Of a DNA stretch of 64,000 nucleotides, positions 50,248 through 64,000 are shown piece by piece. Position 1 is the first letter of the stretch, and every line of letters begins with the position of its first letter. The stretch spans positions 3,100,001-3,164,000 of the forward strand of contig OZ024741.1 in the NCBI GenBank assembly GCA_964016885.1. Reading direction: 5' to 3'. The translations under genes were made by a program, and so were the position numbers. The notes beneath the pieces were generated by a model. That model ran no database searches. It saw only the letters and a program-made list of their open reading frames with translations, and was not told the DNA's origin. The stretch comes from Eledone cirrhosa (taxonomy: Eukaryota).

Positions 50248-50823
50248 TTATTGTCTAGCATGTTCGTATAGTACTGACCCGTTTTTTCGTCCTTTTAGTT
50301 CCCCCCAGTGTTGGTCTATCCTTTCACCTATGCTACGAGCTGTCTCACCTATGTATGTTGTTGTCATGTTTCTGCAAGTAACCTCTGTACATCTTATGCT
50401 ATAGACTACGTTTCTAGTTTTACAGTTTATCCGGGGGTTTACCTTACATATGATACATTTCCTATTGGTACAGTGGGTTTTCTTAAAAGGGTAGGTTTTG
50501 CTGATCAGGGATTTTATTGTGGTTCCTGGCTTTTCTACCACCTTTATTTTTAAGTGGGTCTTTCTCAGGGCCTTTCTACACTGGTTAGCTAATTTCCCTC
50601 CAGGGGTGGCGTCCACAAACATGACACTCTGGTATCTCTGGTTGTCGTACCATGATGTGGCTTTCCCTATCTTATGTCTAGCCCTATCTAAGCTATTCCA
50701 TGATTTGCTCCTGTATAATGGGCAAATTCCTTTCATGTCCAGTTCTATGAGGGTCTTATACTTTTCCATGGCTCCTTCGTATACGCTGACTCTGTCTCTT
50801 TGGTTGTAGCCAGAGAACTGCAT
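50248..50823 (-). mobile_element. Penelope-like element GIY-YIG fragment from a different subfamily
   Basis: Reads FSGY...FVDATPGGKLA...CTNRKCIIC...CKTRNVVYSIRC...YIGETARSIGERIDQH and stops prematurely after EHARQ. Confidence 0.85.
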
Positions 50824-51661
50824 GCGGTTGATGAAGTGTTATATATATATGTGTGTGTATATGTATATATATGTATGTATGTATGAGTGTGTGTGTGTGT
50901 GTATGTATATATGTATATATGTGGGTATAGATGTGTATGTGTGGATATAGATATGTATGGATATGTATGTATATGATTATATGCATGCGTGTAAATGTGT
51001 ATTTAGATTTACATCTATTTGTGCGTATGTATATTTTTGGTTTGATATCAATTTAACTGTATCTCTCTATATATATATAGTGTGGATATATGCACTTTAA
51101 AATCTATGAAATGTATGTATTTTAACTATGCCAACATGTATTTATCTGAGTTTGATTATTTATGCATAAACATACTTGATAGTATTTTAGAGCGTATCAT
51201 ATGCTATATTATACTAAATGCAATTTACCACACAGTACTATATTGTGTTGGTTAAGTTGTATATTATCGCATTACTGTATTTCATTATCTTATTATAATT
51301 TTCATCTTTTAATATACTATCTTTCCTAGCCATAACCTTAATTTATATTCACCTTAAAACTCAATACAACACTAATCACCATTTATTTTGACATTCCTTT
51401 TAAATTCACTATACCAGATACATTCAACTATCAGTTTGACAATCCCTTTCCTCCTAATAGATTTTTAAGCCAATTCTACTATTAACACCCTTCAACCATT
51501 CCTTTCAAAGGGTCATGACCTCAACTAAAGTATATTACTTTTCATCTTAACACCATATGAAAAATACAATTTGATTCGTTAGTTCTTCACCATCTCCAAA
51601 TAAGGACATGATACTAACATACTACTAATTCTGAATAAAATTATTATTGAATAAAATTATT

Positions 51662-51801
51662 ATTGCTTTTGAAAACTGCTGGTGATATGCATGTAAGTAA
51701 ATATTCTCTTTATCTGATAGTTTATAACTAACCTTACATAGATCAATAACTGAGTAGAGCTACAATGTATTTTAATCATCTAGAAACGATCGTAAAGCAG
51801 T
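51662..51801 (+). ncRNA. Candidate type I hammerhead with U3-A8 core and a stem II insert of about 100 nt
   Basis: Reads AUUGCUU-UUGAAAA-...GGUGAU...AUCAUC UA-GAAAC-GAUC-GUA-AAGCAGU. Stem I has 7 bp and stem III is palindromic (ACGAUCGU). The base of stem II is imperfect. Confidence 0.45.
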
Positions 51802-52718
51802 GAAGTATATCTCTAATGACTTGATTTTTTATTTCACTGTTTTAACTTATATTATGACTCTGTTTTCCTTTTAATGTTTTTTTTTTGTTTTCCGAGATTT
51901 ATCTTAACCTACAACATTTTCAACACATGGATTACATCGAGTTCTTCATGCAGAATAGACCCCACAATTTACTGTGGATACCTCTGTGTATATATATATA
52001 TATCCCTAAGAGGTTCATTCTGTCATTACCAGGGCAGAAGTCCGACGAGCTTTTGATTCCAGAGTCGGACTAGATCGATACAGATCGAACCTTGAGCTGA
52101 TCAATAGCGGAGTGCGCCTCACTACCCAATAAACGTAATGAAAACATAACAAATCGTCCTTTATATATATATATACATATATGCATTTTGCATGTAGGAA
52201 AACATACTTTATTATTATTAATCTCCCCTAGTCGAGATAACATATTGGTCGTTTTAACTGCTGCTATTTCTAGTGGCAGTACATTGACCTTTCCGCCCCT
52301 GCCTTCTATCTTTACACACGGCACTAGACAAAATTGTTTCTTCATCATACACTCTCATCCGGGAACAGTTCTGTATGGCGCCAGTTCGTGATTTGAACTC
52401 GGGAATTTTATATTCTCCGAGTGAGAAGAACCCTCTGACAAAAGTCTTCTTCTCAATGGATTTCCGCATGGATTATCCATTTATTTTGAGACTTGAAACC
52501 GCGCGGTAAGGGTAATTATAGCAGGTACAGTGAACTTTTTAAAATTTATTTTAAAACTTTTTCTTATTTGCTAAACCTTGATTATATATATATATATATG
52601 TGTGTGTGCGTGTGTGTATGTGTGTGTGTGTGTGTGTGTATTTATATATATATATGTGTGTGTATGTAAATATATATGTGTGTGTGTGTATTTATATATA
52701 TATGTGTGTGTGCGTTTG

Positions 52719-52850
<132 letters not shown>

Positions 52851-52975
52851 TTAGTTAAGCAAAACAAGACCACAAATTTCACAAGGAAGACATTATTAAA
52901 AGATTGTCAACATATTTTAGTTTGATGTAAGGAATGTAGAGAATAATAATAATAATATTAATAATAATAATGTCC

Positions 52976-53095
52976 GTTTACAATTGTTTCGCTACTCCAT
53001 ATAATATTTCTGGATCAGATGACTTTATATCATAATTGATCTGGTTCAGTTGAAAATAATTAACATATTTAAAAAACAGAGTGGCTCATCGGAAC
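52976..53095 (-). ncRNA. Candidate type I hammerhead with a loop II of about 80 nt
   Basis: The minus strand reads GUU-CCGAUGA-GCCACUC-(81 nt)-GAGUAGC-GAAAC-AAUU-GUA-AAC. The core has a U4C variant and stem I is short. Confidence 0.55.
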
Positions 53096-53308
53096 TTCAA
53101 AGGAATATAAATTAAAATAATGGGATATTGTTACCCATAGGCAGATCTCACACAATGCAGCCTCGACAGATGAATACTGCTTGATTATGGCTGACAACTG
53201 ATGCAACCAAGACACCATAGTAAAAACCATTATATGGAACATTATATTATGTAACATTATCCCATTATTTTAATTTATATTCCTTTGAAGTTCCGATGAG
53301 CCACTCTG
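53077..53308. repeat. 58-bp inverted repeat (53077-53134 / 53251-53308) at the 5' end of a Penelope-like element
   Basis: CAGAGTGGCTCATCGGAACTTC...GTTAC pairs with GTAAC...GAAGTTCCGATGAGCCACTCTG. I see one mismatch and a 116-bp spacer. Confidence 0.92.
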
Positions 53309-53354
53309 CTCTTTCTTCTCTAATCTAGGATTTAGTATAACTATAGATTCTAAT

Positions 53355-54341
53355 TTGACTAGGGCCAACTTCTTAGATGTCACTCTCGACCTAGATACTT
53401 CCCTCTATTACCCGTACCACAAACCTAACGAGTCCCTTAAATATATTAATGTTAATTCAAACCACCCCCAAAACATCACTGATAACCTAGTAAAAAGCGT
53501 CTCTATTAGAATATCTGGCCTCTCCGCCAACAAAGATATTTTTAATGCATCTGCCTCCTACTACAATGACGCCCTCGCCCGTAGCGGATTTAAAGATAAG
53601 ATAACTTACCTAGAAACCACCGCAAGTTTGCAGAGGAGGAATAGACATAGGCAGATTAGCTGGTACAACCCTCCCTTCAATAGAGAGGTATCTACTCCGA
53701 TAGCTAGGATTTTCTTCACTTTACTGAAATTACACTTCCCCATACAACATAGGTACCACACCATCTTTAATAAGAACACAATAAGACTGTCTTACTCCAC
53801 CACACCTAACCTAGCTAGGAATATAGCCAACCACAATTCTAAAAAATTAAATAAGCCAACCACCTCCGAACCCAATCCCCGGACTGGGGCTCTTTGTAAT
53901 TGCCTAAATAAGGAAGCATGCCCACTTGAAAACAAATGCCTCACTAATGATATCGTATACAAATGCGATGTCATCTCAGGCACCGAGGATTGCAAAAAAA
54001 CTTACATCGGCATGACCTCCAACAACTTTAAGACCCGTTGGTATGCCCATACCCACTCCTTCAGAAGACCGGACAAATCAAATCAGAAAACACTCGCCTC
54101 CTACGTTTGGGACCTCAAAAAGAACTCCACCCCCTTCACGCTTAAATGGAAAATACTCCAGAAAGCGCGCTCTTACAACGGAGGACACAAGGGCTGCGAC
54201 CTTTGTATTTCAGAGAGCTACGAAATTTTATTCGCCAAGGGCCCGCTACTGAACAAACTCTCTGAACACTGCCCGAACTGCATGCACAAGAACTTTGCAA
54301 CTTTCAAACACTTTAAGCCAGTGTTAATGTCCGATGGCTAA
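53355..54341 (+). mobile_element. 5'-truncated Penelope-like element: RT C-terminus and thumb plus GIY-YIG endonuclease
   Basis: A 328-aa open frame contains NFLDVTLDL, YHKPN, SNHP, WYNPPF, CNC...CPL...CL, IVYKC, YIGMT and CDLCISE. Confidence 0.92.
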
Positions 54342-54469
54342 AAATGACCTCCCCCTATTGGCCCCTATACCTCCTCCCCACCCTACCCCCACCCCTCCTC
54401 AACCTGAAATACGGCCACTATGGTTATGTGAGTACCTCCTTCCTATCTACATTTTCTGCCTGTAGAGGT

Positions 54470-56340
<1,871 letters not shown>

Positions 56341-56800
56341 GTGAATGCGTCTGTTGATTTTTGACATATAGTTGATTAGTTTAAGAGAAGTTCGAAGATA
56401 ATTGTAAGATATGCACTCAGTATTTTGAATCTGTCTACAGAATTCTCTAAACCTTTGTCACTTGGTAGAACCTTAATGATTTTAGCTTTTAAAGAATCTC
56501 CTTTTCTTTAATTCTCTCTACCATGACTGACCCCCCACTGATTTTATAGACATCTGTTAGCTTAAGAGAAACTTAATGACAAGGAATGGTATGCCATCCG
56601 GAACCTGTTTATAGAATTCTGTCTGCCTTTGTTACTCTAAAAACATAAATAAATAAAAATAAAAATAAACTATAGCTTTGTAGAATTAGCTTTTAATGAA
56701 TTCCCTTTTCTATCAACCAATGACCTGCACCCATCCCACTCCCCACCCTCTCCTACCACTTGTAGAGACCTATAAATACCATTTTTATTTTTTGATACCC

Positions 56801-56851
56801 AGATTCCTGATGATTTCTAAAGAATGAAACAGTTCTAGTCCTGTAGAATCT
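56801..56851 (+). ncRNA. Compact type I hammerhead ribozyme with canonical core
   Basis: Reads AGAUUC-CUGAUGA-U UUCU AA AGAA U-GAAAC AG UUCUAGUC CU GUA-GAAUCU. It has a 6-bp stem I, a short stem II, stem III ACAG/CUGU and a GUA cleavage triplet at 56843-56845. Confidence 0.85.
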
Positions 56852-56865
56852 CATCTATATTAAAA

Positions 56866-56923
<58 letters not shown>

Positions 56924-56940
56924 AATGTATATATATATAT

Positions 56941-57326
<386 letters not shown>

Positions 57327-57466
57327 ATAAGCAAATGGGATATTCAATTTGGTGGTAATTCAACGAATATAAATATTTAGAGTGCGGTGTAGAGTGCAGT
57401 TTTGAGTACGGTATAGAGTACGGTGTAGAGTACAGTGTGGAGTACGGTGTAGAGTATAGTGTAGAG

Positions 57467-57816
57467 CAGGGGTTCTCAACCTGGTCCATGTGGACCACTA
57501 GTGGTCCAGAGGAAAATTCAGGTGGTGCACAGAAAATGTTCAATAGCAAATTCTTTTTTGATCCCTGCATTTGACTTAAAGCGCTGTTCTTCTTCTTCTT
57601 CTTCGCATAAGTACGACTTCAGCTGTTTATTTGTGTAGAGTTTTAGGCACTGCGACATGATAATAGTATTTTCTAATTCATTGAAAGACAAACAAACATC
57701 TACTGATGCTTATAAGTAGCAGTTCTATTACAAAAGATTTAAAAGTTTAGGTGGTCCACAGGAAAAAATTACTTATTTTGGTGGTCCACAGCGAAAAAAA
57801 AGGTTGAGAACCCCTG
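57467..57816. mobile_element. Non-autonomous hAT (Charlie/Buster-like) MITE, 350 bp
   Basis: TIRs are CAGGGGTTCTCAACCT / AGGTTGAGAACCCCTG, with an 8-bp TSD GTGTAGAG / GTGTACAG. Confidence 0.88.
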
Positions 57817-58207
57817 GTGTACAGTACGGTGTAGAGTACAGTGTAGAGTACGGTGTAGAGTACAGTGTAGAGTACGGTGTGGAGTAAGTGTAGAGTACGG
57901 TGTGGAGTACAGTGTAGAGTACGGTGTAGAGTACAGTGTAGAGTACGGTGTAGAGTACAGTGTAGAGTTTGGTGTAGAGTATAGTGTAGAGTACGGTGAA
58001 GAGTACGGTGTAGAGTACGGTGTGGAGTACAGTGTAGAGTACGGTGTAGAGTACAGTGTAGAGTATGGTGTAGAGTATAGTGTAGAGTACGGTGAAGAGT
58101 ACGGTGTAGAGTACGGTGTGGAGTACAGTGTAGAGTACGGTGTAAAGTACGGTGTAGAGTACTGTGTAGAGTACAGTGTAGAGTACAGTGTAGAGTATGA
58201 TGTAGAG

Positions 58208-58513
58208 CAGTGCTTCTCAAACTATCTGATGTGGTGGGCCGGCATTTTTTGTTCAATGTGCCACGTACCGCTAATATTTCGTAGTAATATTAATTTATAC
58301 CGGAAACGATATATTGAATATAATAATAGTTGACCAGTTTTTTATCTTCTATTTATTTTGTAAACAAATAATACAATATCAAAACATATAAAAAAATAAT
58401 TTTAAAAATTCCTCAAATGATTCATTAGCATGGCCTGGACACTGGCCGCGTACCGGTAGCTGATGGCTTGCGTACCGGCACCGGTCCGTGGACCACCACT
58501 TTGAGTAGCACTG
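58208..58513. mobile_element. Second, different non-autonomous hAT MITE, 306 bp
   Basis: TIRs are CAGTGCTTCTCAAA / TTTGAGTAGCACTG (13/14 match), with an 8-bp TSD ATGTAGAG / GTGTAGAG. Confidence 0.85.
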
Positions 58514-58695
58514 GTGTAGAGTACGGTGTTGAGTACTGTGTAGAGTGGGGAGTATATTTTGGGAGTAGAAAAGTAGCAGTGTCTTCGAAATTACAGCTTG
58601 ACTGTTTCATATATATATATATACAATGATATTAAATAAATGGAAACTATATTTATAAAACCATATTTATTTTATTATATATATTTCAAGGGCAA

Positions 58696-58788
58696 CCAAG
58701 ACAACGTTGGTACGCTTTCATCAGATAAAATACAAAGTTTGTTTTATAAATAGAGACGTACCCATGAAAATCATACCTTATCGGTTGA
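58696..58788 (-). ncRNA. Decayed hammerhead-like motif (GAAA box apparently deleted)
   Basis: The minus strand reads UCAA-CCGAUAA-GGUAUGAUUUUCAU-(42 nt)-AUGAAAGCGUACC-AACGUU-GUC-UUGG. Confidence 0.35.
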
Positions 58789-59007
58789 AAATTCACTGGA
58801 TAGTGAATTATATATATATATATATATATATATATCGTTTCTGAATTTGTTTAGCAAGATTCTTTATCTGAAAGCGTGTGTTGAAACCGATATTGTTATA
58901 CTTTGGCAGGGTCATGTTGCCAATAAGAAACACACGCACCAGTTGCATTCACTTCAATTTATTATAATAAATAAATTTACCCTCCCAAAGTATAACAATA
59001 TATATAT

Positions 59008-59102
<95 letters not shown>

Positions 59103-59435
59103 TATGTTTATATATGAATATTGATTGTTTCTTGTATCTCATTCTGTTATTTTGCCCGAGAAAATATCTATGTGTGTCATCAAACGATGTACACATATGG
59201 GTATTTTTTCAAATTCCAATTGAGTTCTAGCACGTGGCTTGAATTCCTTTTAGAATTCATTGTCCTGCGCATGTATTGTTTTTTGGCGGTAATTCTCCTT
59301 CCTCCTTTTTTGAGACAGTATGAGAATTTCTTTAGAACTGCTGGGCTAGCAACCTGACAGCTACCTCAAGCACTGATGCTGATTATCGCTAAATATTGAT
59401 GTTGATTTGACTATCAATATTAATGTTATTGGGCA

Positions 59436-59562
59436 CCCACTGAAGAATTATAAGAGCCTACTTGAATAAGTATCTGTTGATCTTATACAAGCTTCTACAT
59501 AAATTGATATAATTTACCCTAACTTGTAGGAATCTGATAATGAAACGAGACGTCCGTCTGGG
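59436..59562 (+). ncRNA. Candidate type I hammerhead with canonical core and a loop II of about 77 nt
   Basis: Reads CCCA-CUGAAGA-AUUAUAAGA-(77 nt)-UCUGAUAAU-GAAACG AGACGUC CGUC-UGGG. The GUC triplet is at 59556-59558. Confidence 0.65.
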
Positions 59563-59773
59563 AAGAGATATATTTGATATATCTCATATGAAATAATACA
59601 GCCAATTTTCCACAACGTTTAATTAGGAATATACTCACTTATTTCCTAATGTTTGTTGAGTGAGTTGGGATTTGGCCCGAGTATCGCTATTAGCTTTCTC
59701 CGATAATGTATTTATATATATATATATATATATAAGAGGGTGTTAAAGTTTGCTTGAAGCATTGTGAAATGTG

Positions 59774-60106
59774 TAAAATACGTATTTAAGAAAGCCACAA
59801 AAATGCAGAGGGAAATCTCGAGGTAGGAAGTGAAAGATAGATAGGAAAAACAGGTGAAAGTGAAAATTGAGAGAGACAAAGATGAAAACTAAACAAAGGT
59901 AGAAGGGTTACCGTAGTAGAGATTTAATCCCAATTGGGCGTGAGTCCGAAATATTGGGATTAAATCTCTACTACGGTAACCCTTCTACCTTTGTTTAGTT
60001 TTCATCTTTGTCTCTCTCAATTTTCACTTTCACCTGTTTTTCCTATCTATCTTTCACTTCCTACCTCGAGATTTCCCTCTGCATTGTTGTGGCTTTCTTA
60101 AATACG

Positions 60107-60113
<7 letters not shown>
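59774..60113. repeat. Near-perfect long palindrome with 161-bp arms and an 18-nt loop
   Basis: 59774-59934 is the reverse complement of 59953-60113, with one mismatch seen (CACAAAAATG vs CACAACAATG). Confidence 0.97.
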
Positions 60114-60169
<56 letters not shown>

Positions 60170-60195
<26 letters not shown>

Positions 60196-63100
60196 AATAG
60201 ATAGATAGAGAGATAGAGAGATAGAGGGAGAGTGAGAGAGAGATCTTTCTTTTTTTGACACAGGGGCGTACAAAAATGGGGCATTACAATACATGGCGGC
60301 AGGGGTTTTACATAAAATCTTTAACAATGATGAATAACAATAAACTATATATAAAATGAAATAAAACAATCGAAATCCCCAATAGGGGGGAACGTTACTG
60401 CGGGGTTGTTTTACACCCTGTGGATAGAATAACCCTCAATACCAGGAACACGTTTTGCAGTGTTCCCGTCTTCCCTCTGTTTATCTTCCTCAACCTGCAG
60501 GTTTATATACAAAGAAGGCCCATTCACTTAGACCATTTTCGCCACATTCACCCACCTTTCAGCAAATTTACTGGGGTGTATCACCTCTCTCTCCACTCAC
60601 TTTCCTTCTGAGGTGGTATTTAAAGAAGGGGATGAGTTGTTGTCCGGAGAGAAAGGTGTTTGACCTAAGTCCTTTTAACCTCGTCCACCATATTACCTCT
60701 TTTGCCATAGCCACCAGACAGAGGAAAACCGCCCCTCCTTCATTCTTAAATGAAGGCGGCGGGGTGATCCTCCCGATGGACTCGGCTGACAACTGGATGC
60801 GTCCCACACGTGACAGCAGCTGTTCGACATAATTCCACAGGTCGGTCACCCCTGGGCACTGAACAATTGAGTGCAGAACGGTTTCGATGCCTGCTCGCAT
60901 CTTGGACAGGTCCTTTTGGCAGGATCTCTGCCAGCGCGTCCGTCCCTGTAGATTTTGTCTCGAACTGGTAGAGCTCCTCGGTAGCACTGCCAGGCCAGAG
61001 ACTTCTCTAAGTTATCCATAGGCCCTAGACGAAAAGTCCTCCCGAACAGACTGGTCAGTTTGTCCTCCTCGATTCCTAGAGTACCCCGAGAATGCGTCGA
61101 ACTTATCCTCCACTAATCCCCTATAGAATGTCGACATGGAGTCTCCGCGAATTGCCGTTTCCGCTTGGTAGAGGGCTGTGAGCACCTGAAGGCTTCGAGG
61201 TGCCAGGCGCCCATTTTCGGTCTTCGCTTTACCCAGGACTGCAGCTCTGTTAGTGAGACGAGTTATGGAAGAGCTCGTCTCACAAACGACAGTCACACCG
61301 GTTCACCGGTCAGGAATACCTGGAGATGGTGTAGCCTCAGCGCGTGTTTGCGCATCATCAGCCACGGCATGCCCAGCCCTCCGTTAGAAGGGTGTTGGAA
61401 GCAAATGGATCTCCTCACCAATGGAGCCTATTTCTTCCAGAGGAACTTGAAGAGTAGACGTTCCATTTTGGTGAGGTATTCGCGGGGACAAGGCATGACT
61501 GTCAAACGGTAGTAGATGACGGACGCTATGTAAGTGTTCGCCACCTCCGCTCGACTCTTTAAGAAGAGTTTACATTCAGCCAACTTCTGGGTGAATGCAA
61601 ACACTTTCGCCGTGACCTCGTTCTAGTTCTTGTCCACCTGGAGGTTTGGACCACACCAGACCCCGAACAATTTCACCGGTCCTTCCGTCCAGCGTCCAAC
61701 GACACTGTCGGAAGGCATGGGTTTGCCTCTCCATGTGCCGAGTTGCAAACCGACAGACTTTTTGGGGTTTAGTCTTGCTCCTGTCAACGTTTCGTATTCC
61801 TGTATTAGGTTGCCGATTACCCCGATTTCCGAGGTTTTCGACACCATTACGGTTACGTCGTCGGCATAGGCCGACGCTGCTGTCCGCAGTCCTGGTTCGA
61901 TCGGGATGCCTTGCAACAGCTCCAACTTCCGCAGTAATGGCTCGAGAGTCAGTACATACATAATGGAGGAGAGAGGGCGTCCCTGGCGGATGCAACGCAT
62001 GATTTGGAATGGCTCCGATAGGTAGCCATTCACCTTGACTGCCGAGCAGATGATGGTATGCATGGCAGCGATCCAGCCTCTTAAAACGAGACCGAAGCTG
62101 GCCGCCTTGAGAACTGCTTCCAAGTATTGAAGGTCGAACCTATCAAATGTATTAGACTGATCTAAATTGATCAGAGCCCCACGGAGGCCAGGTTTACACC
62201 CAACTCTCTCTATGATGTATTCCATGAGGTGAAGGTTGTCGTGTATGGACCTAGTCGGGATTGCACACGTTTGCACTTCCCCTACCAGGTTCTCGACGAC
62301 AAGTGCTAGCCTCGTTGGTAACACCTTGGCCAAAATCTTTAACTCTGTGTTGAGCAGTGTTATGGGCTTGAAATTGCTTATCTCATCCCCTTTGTTCTCA
62401 TCTTTCTTGATCAGCGTTACTACGCCTCTGCCTACAGAACTGGGAATCCTCCCGTCCTGTTGCCAGTTGCAGTAGACCGCTTCGAGGACACCAGAGAACA
62501 AGTCTGGCATGCTTATGTAAAACTCATAGGGTAGACCATCTAAACCGGGTGATTTGCGTTTCCCACAGCGGGCTAGGACACCTATTTCGCCTGCTGTGAT
62601 CGGCCTTTCGCAGCTCTCTACATCCGTGCTCGAGAGTCGTGGTAGGCCGTCGAGGTAGGAACTGAAGTCCATCACCTCGCTCGGCGTACCGCTCTGCCCG
62701 AACAGTTGCGCAAAATGCTGCTGGAAGATCGTGCACATCTGCTTGGATTCAAGTAGAATGCGTCCATCTTTGTCTTGCAAAGACAGAATTGTGTATTTGT
62801 TGCTACTTTTCGCCTCTGCCACTCGGGCCCAGCTAACAGCTTTGGCTCCCTCGTTTCTTAGAGCACGTGTTCTACTTCTGACAATACAACCTTCGTGTTT
62901 CACGTTGAAGAACTGGTCTAATGCCGTTCTCGCCACTAGCATGTCAGCTGTACTGCCATTCCTAAGTGCCTCTTCTACTTTGACTACCAGTTCCTTTTCA
63001 GTTTTTTTTTCCTAAAGCTACTTCGTTGCTAAATGCTATCGATTCTACTGTAATTGCTCTCTTGAGAGAGCTCCACCACCTGTTGTTGACGATGGCTCCC

Positions 63101-64000
63101 GTCAACTGGCTCTTAACTAAGGTTCTAATCCGTTTACTGTAGGCCTTACGCGCCGGGAGCGGCATGTTTAGCTTCCAGTATCCGGGTCCCTATCTATGTG
63201 TTCTGTCAAGGTTGACTATGCAGGTGTCTAATTTGTGGTCTGAATAGGCAACCATGTGCATTTGTGGACAGCTTAATGTTTCCTTATCATTCTGTCTAAT
63301 TAGAAATCTATCTAAATACGATCTAGAAGACACTGTGTGGTTGCTCCACGTCCACAGTGGTGCACTTGGGAAGTCTAGTCGATATCTATCAGCCAGTTGG
63401 AATTGGCTGATGAGATTTTTGAAGCTATTACACCCCCCCCCCCCACACACACACACACTTTATTATCACAAGCTCCTACATAGCCACAACGTGCGTCTAA
63501 GATGCCATTCAAGTCCCCCTCTAACACTAAGGAGCGAGATGTTCCCAGGAATGGCTCCAGACGCTTGAAGAACTCTGGTCGAGATGTCCCAATCGTAGCA
63601 TATACGGCCACCAGTCTGAAAGCTCCACCTTCACTACCATTCACATCCAGGACCACCAAGCTGCCCTCCAGGTCCAAGTGAGTCGTCTGTACTTTGAGAT
63701 CCAGGTTTTTTCGAAACAAAACAGCAAGTCCCCCTCCACCTCCTGGCTGACAGAGAGATGCGTAGATCTCAAAATCATCGAACATGGGGGTTAGCTGCTG
63801 CTTGTCGTGAATCCTGGACTCGGCTATCACATCTATACGGTGCGATCTGAGATCATTTAAAAGCTGTCCCTGTTTCCAGGGAATGCCCAGGCAACGTACA
63901 TTCAAACATCAAATTTCTATAGTCACCATGTTGGTGAAGAAGAGTTAGGGAGAGAAAATGCAGGAACACTTACCTTTTCGTTTCCTAGAGGTCGGATTGT
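60170..64000 (-). mobile_element. Decayed Tx1-like LINE, copy 3, with near-complete ORF2 (APE endonuclease plus RT), running off the right edge
   Basis: ORF2 starts at about ATG 63929 (MVTIEI*CLNVRCL). APE motifs are GDLN, YLDRFL and YSDHK. ORF 61623-62942 has KSPGLDG, FKPITLLN, IRQGRPLS and AYADDV. Stops and frameshifts are present, and the 3' end runs into (TC)n/(TCTA)n. Confidence 0.93.

Larger units (their letters stand above)
57378..58546 (+). repeat. 12-bp minisatellite (GTGTAGAGTACG/A) interrupted by two MITEs
   Basis: Directly visible. It translates as VEYS/VEYG repeats. Confidence 0.95.

Noticed and set aside
52039-52075. CCGACGA plus a short stem, resembling a hammerhead start
   Set aside because: No GAAA box or valid stem III/NUH follows. 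Only an 8-bp hairpin (AGTCCGAC/GTCGGACT) is present.
57747-58333. VEYS/VEYG and TLHC repeat ORFs
   Set aside because: These are translations of the 12-bp minisatellite that run into MITE sequence.

Overview
This is repeat-dominated eukaryotic DNA with no recognisable host gene. The SINE types and dense (TA)n/(TG)n tracts suggest a cephalopod such as Octopus, which is an inference. Bases 1-35395 are one tandem satellite of a 42-bp monomer (about 840 copies) with layered higher-order duplications, and the many ORFs called there are artefacts of the monomer length being divisible by 3. The other 28.6 kb holds three decayed Tx1-like (L1-clade) LINEs that end in TC/TATC microsatellites, a rearranged Gypsy LTR element, four Penelope-like (GIY-YIG) fragments, two SINEs, two hAT MITEs inside a 12-bp minisatellite, a 44-bp minisatellite and a near-perfect 340-bp palindrome. 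The most interesting signal is a set of about seven type I hammerhead-ribozyme motifs read by eye. Two are compact, and the rest combine a palindromic stem III with an enlarged stem II loop (about 20-100 nt); one carries a U3-A8 core covariation. All RNA structures were paired manually and need computational and biochemical checks.
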